Assembly (NCBI GenBank): GCA_046563655.1
Contig: CM102290.1
Coordinates: 4,588,001 to 4,652,000 of the forward strand
Direction of reading: 5' to 3'
DNA: 64,000 bases
DNA from: Yuukianura sp. NJ FZ-2021
Lineage: Eukaryota
In this document: one piece after another, positions 61,220 through 64,000 of the stretch
Layout of the letters: each line of letters begins with the position of its first letter
Numbering within the stretch: position 1 is the stretch's first letter
Position numbers and translations under genes: made by a program
Notes under the pieces: model-generated
What the model saw: the letters and a program-made list of their open reading frames with translations, nothing else
The model's database searches: none
Told to the model about the DNA's origin: nothing

Positions 61220-64000
61220 ATAGAAGGAGTGACTACGAAAACGGCGGAAGTTCGCATTTACACTTCGTACTGTAAGGTTCAGCACGTCGGTGAGCATTTG
61301 AAATAGATCATTAAAAAGCACTCAGGTATTTAATTTATGCTTATGAAGGTAAAACCTTAGGCAGTACAATTTGACGCTTTTCGTAATATATGTTTAATCT
61401 AAATACCTTAAGACAATGTATCTCATTAGAATTAACATATTCTATGTTTCTTTTTTTACCCGCTCCCTCTAACGCATTTACTGTAATTTCTATTTTCCGG
61501 GGGGTCTATATTTAACTAACTACGCAACTCATTAACTACGTAAGCGCTGCTATTCAGTTACTTGGTAGTTTGTTTAGTTGTTTTAAACTCTTCGGCTGCA
61601 ATTAGTACCCTATTTGCCAACCAAACTTGTGTGACCTCTGACAAGCAGCGCGTGTGCGTTGCAAAAATGCAACTCTTTAGTAGTTAATCATGTTTGTAAT
61701 TTATTGTAAAATCTAATCGCTTTTTCGGTAATTAATCAACTGTATACCACTCGCTACGAAACGTAACTAACTACTTAAAAAACATCTCCATTATTCTTAC
61801 TGACGATAATTAAATTTATTCCATTGTAAACCAAGGTTTCCAACCTTACGATGACGAAGTGAATTGAAAATTTAAAATTGAATTATATTTAAAACAAAAT
61901 TCACGCCATTATATAGCAAATTTATTTAAAAATCTGGTGGTTGCTCATCCGAATGAAAATGAATTTGAACAGAAATCGACTACTACAGGAGTTGACTTAT
62001 CAAATTGATTTTCCCAGTGGTATTTGAGGCATTTCGTGGTTAGCACCGTTAAGAAAGGGAAAGTTAGTCTAAACTGTGCAGATATAGGTACTCATTTCCG
62101 TCTTATTTTAGTTCTTCGAAAGAGGGCGAGCAGAACATACACATAAACATAGGGTAGGAACGGGTGACTTTCTATCTTAGTATGTATGTTCAAGTGTTGT
62201 AAATTAGCCTGTAGGGTAGGTTGTTCGTAGCTGGATGAATTAGAATTTGAGGGTTAAATTGACTTCAGGGTCTTCTACTAACTATTGATGACTAGGCCTG
62301 TCAACTAAAATTTTTACTAACCAGGAAATACTATACACGTCTCCTTACTTTAGTGACTTATAGGGAACGCAACCAAAATATTTTCAGTCATAGTATCTTT
62401 TTTTTTCAGTGAGAATTTATGTAATAGTGAATTGTGAAGTGGTGGTGCGAAGGGGAATTACTTGTAAAATTTATTTTTTCTCAGGAGAGAGGGGGACGAC
62501 ACCGTGATTTTTTGTTCATAGTTCCGGCGGAAGTGCACAACTGGAATACCCGGATTCGGAGAAGAGTCACATGTGGAAGGTATAATGCTTTCTGACAACC
62601 TTACAAAAATGCATGGTCAGATTCAGGACTAACGGGACTTTATTTTTTCATTTTAGGACTTGAAAGCTGCAGCAGAACAAGACGACGAAGAAGAAGAAAT
62701 CTCATCAATGGAAAGGCATCAGACTCATTCGTTTTCAGTGATCCGAAAAATGTGTTGAAGCAAACGTCAAACCCGCAATCCAGAACACGACATGATCTGC
62801 ATTAGCCCATGAATTGTTCAGCGAGTCAAGGCGCTGCTGCTTAAATATACAACAAGTGGAAAATCAATTGAATGATTTGTATAGAAGTGTTCCGCGTAGT
62901 TGGAAGTAATCGAATCTCCGATACGGCCTGCAAACACGTTGCTCTACATCTCTCGGCAATTCTGAATCTCGTTCTCTGCGAACTGTGACGTGTCAACTAT
63001 TTATTATACAACATAAAATATTCTAAATTGGAATCTCAAAATATGTCCCTACAATTGCCACGTTTTGTCAAAAAGAATAGTTTGGAAATTGAAAGAGAAA
63101 CTTTCGAAAAAACTCAGGTATGTCGAAACTACCATTGTACAAATATTTTTTAACAAGACGTATCATCAACATTAATCTTTAACGAGGATTAGACTTAGGG
63201 TAATAATAGAAGTCAACTGGGATAACTTTTCTGTGATTGTCAATATTATCTGTTTTATTTACCAGCCGTTAATGACACTTCAAGTGAGTGCGCTAACCTA
63301 GGACATTCGCAGATTCTATTCTAGATTTATGATTGTTTTTTTTTAATACGCCCTAGGTTGTATTGGTTTTACGCGCGCAATTTTTTTATTTTCGTGTGTT
63401 AACTTGTCAGTTTAGTGTAAATGCCGTCTTTATCATAGCCTTTCCAGGTAATGGCAGCGCGCAGTAAATTGATTTGGCTTTCTGTGAAATCCTAAACGCC
63501 TTAGGTCAATATTTGCCATTTTCTGTTTTTTGTGGAGTTTTATTATTTCCTCCAGAGTTTTATTGATTGACCTCAGCTTTTAACGTTGCTCACTCCTTTG
63601 AGTCAGAAAACAGATGAGAAGTCATGACGTGACATAATTCGTGAAGCAAATCGGATGAATCACAAAAACTTAACAACTTTTAGCACTCGCAGCAAAATTC
63701 AAAGTGTTGAGCTTAACTCAGTTTTTCCAGTTCGTAATGCCCATTTTTTTCTCGATGTGTTTATGAAATTTAATACGCAGAGTTGGTGTTGCTTTCGTTA
63801 AGGGAAAATAGTGTTAGAATAAGAATGAAAACTGAATTTGAGCTTAGGTTGCAAAGATGCGAATTTATGCTATTCCGAAATTTTCCAGCGTCTCATTGAT
63901 CAGATTCCAAAAGCATAATGAGAGTTGGTAAATTCGGGTATTGATGCTACTAGTCGTTCCAACTAGAATTTTTCTTATTAACGTCCAAAAATGTTTATGC

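Noticed and set aside
62480..63120. Exon-like, acidic coding-looking sequence near the window end
   Set aside because: Stops in all frames and no recognisable family; neither a gene nor a pseudogene call can be supported.

Overview
AT-rich, intron-dense eukaryotic (animal, most likely arthropod) genomic DNA; no prokaryotic systems, CRISPR arrays, rRNA or intact tRNA seen. Seven spliced protein-coding genes can be reconstructed by eye: Hem/NCKAP1 (minus, runs off the window start), TRRAP/Nipped-A (plus), a secreted group III phospholipase A2 (minus), a Yippee-like YPEL gene (minus), 4-hydroxyphenylpyruvate dioxygenase HPD (minus), eIF2-beta (minus) and a THAP plus transposase-type HTH protein (plus). 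Non-autonomous DNA transposons sit in the spacers and introns: a tail-to-tail pair of 29-bp-repeat TIR elements between Hem and TRRAP, a DINE-1/HINE-like Helentron element in the PLA2 intron, and three MITEs in HPD introns, two with 8-bp target-site duplications. The most interesting signal is a ~230-nt nested RNA stem structure starting 6 nt after the UGA stop of the Yippee-like gene and coinciding with a 74-codon in-frame extension, a candidate structure-stimulated stop-codon readthrough. All calls are by inspection only; no searches or folding programs were run.
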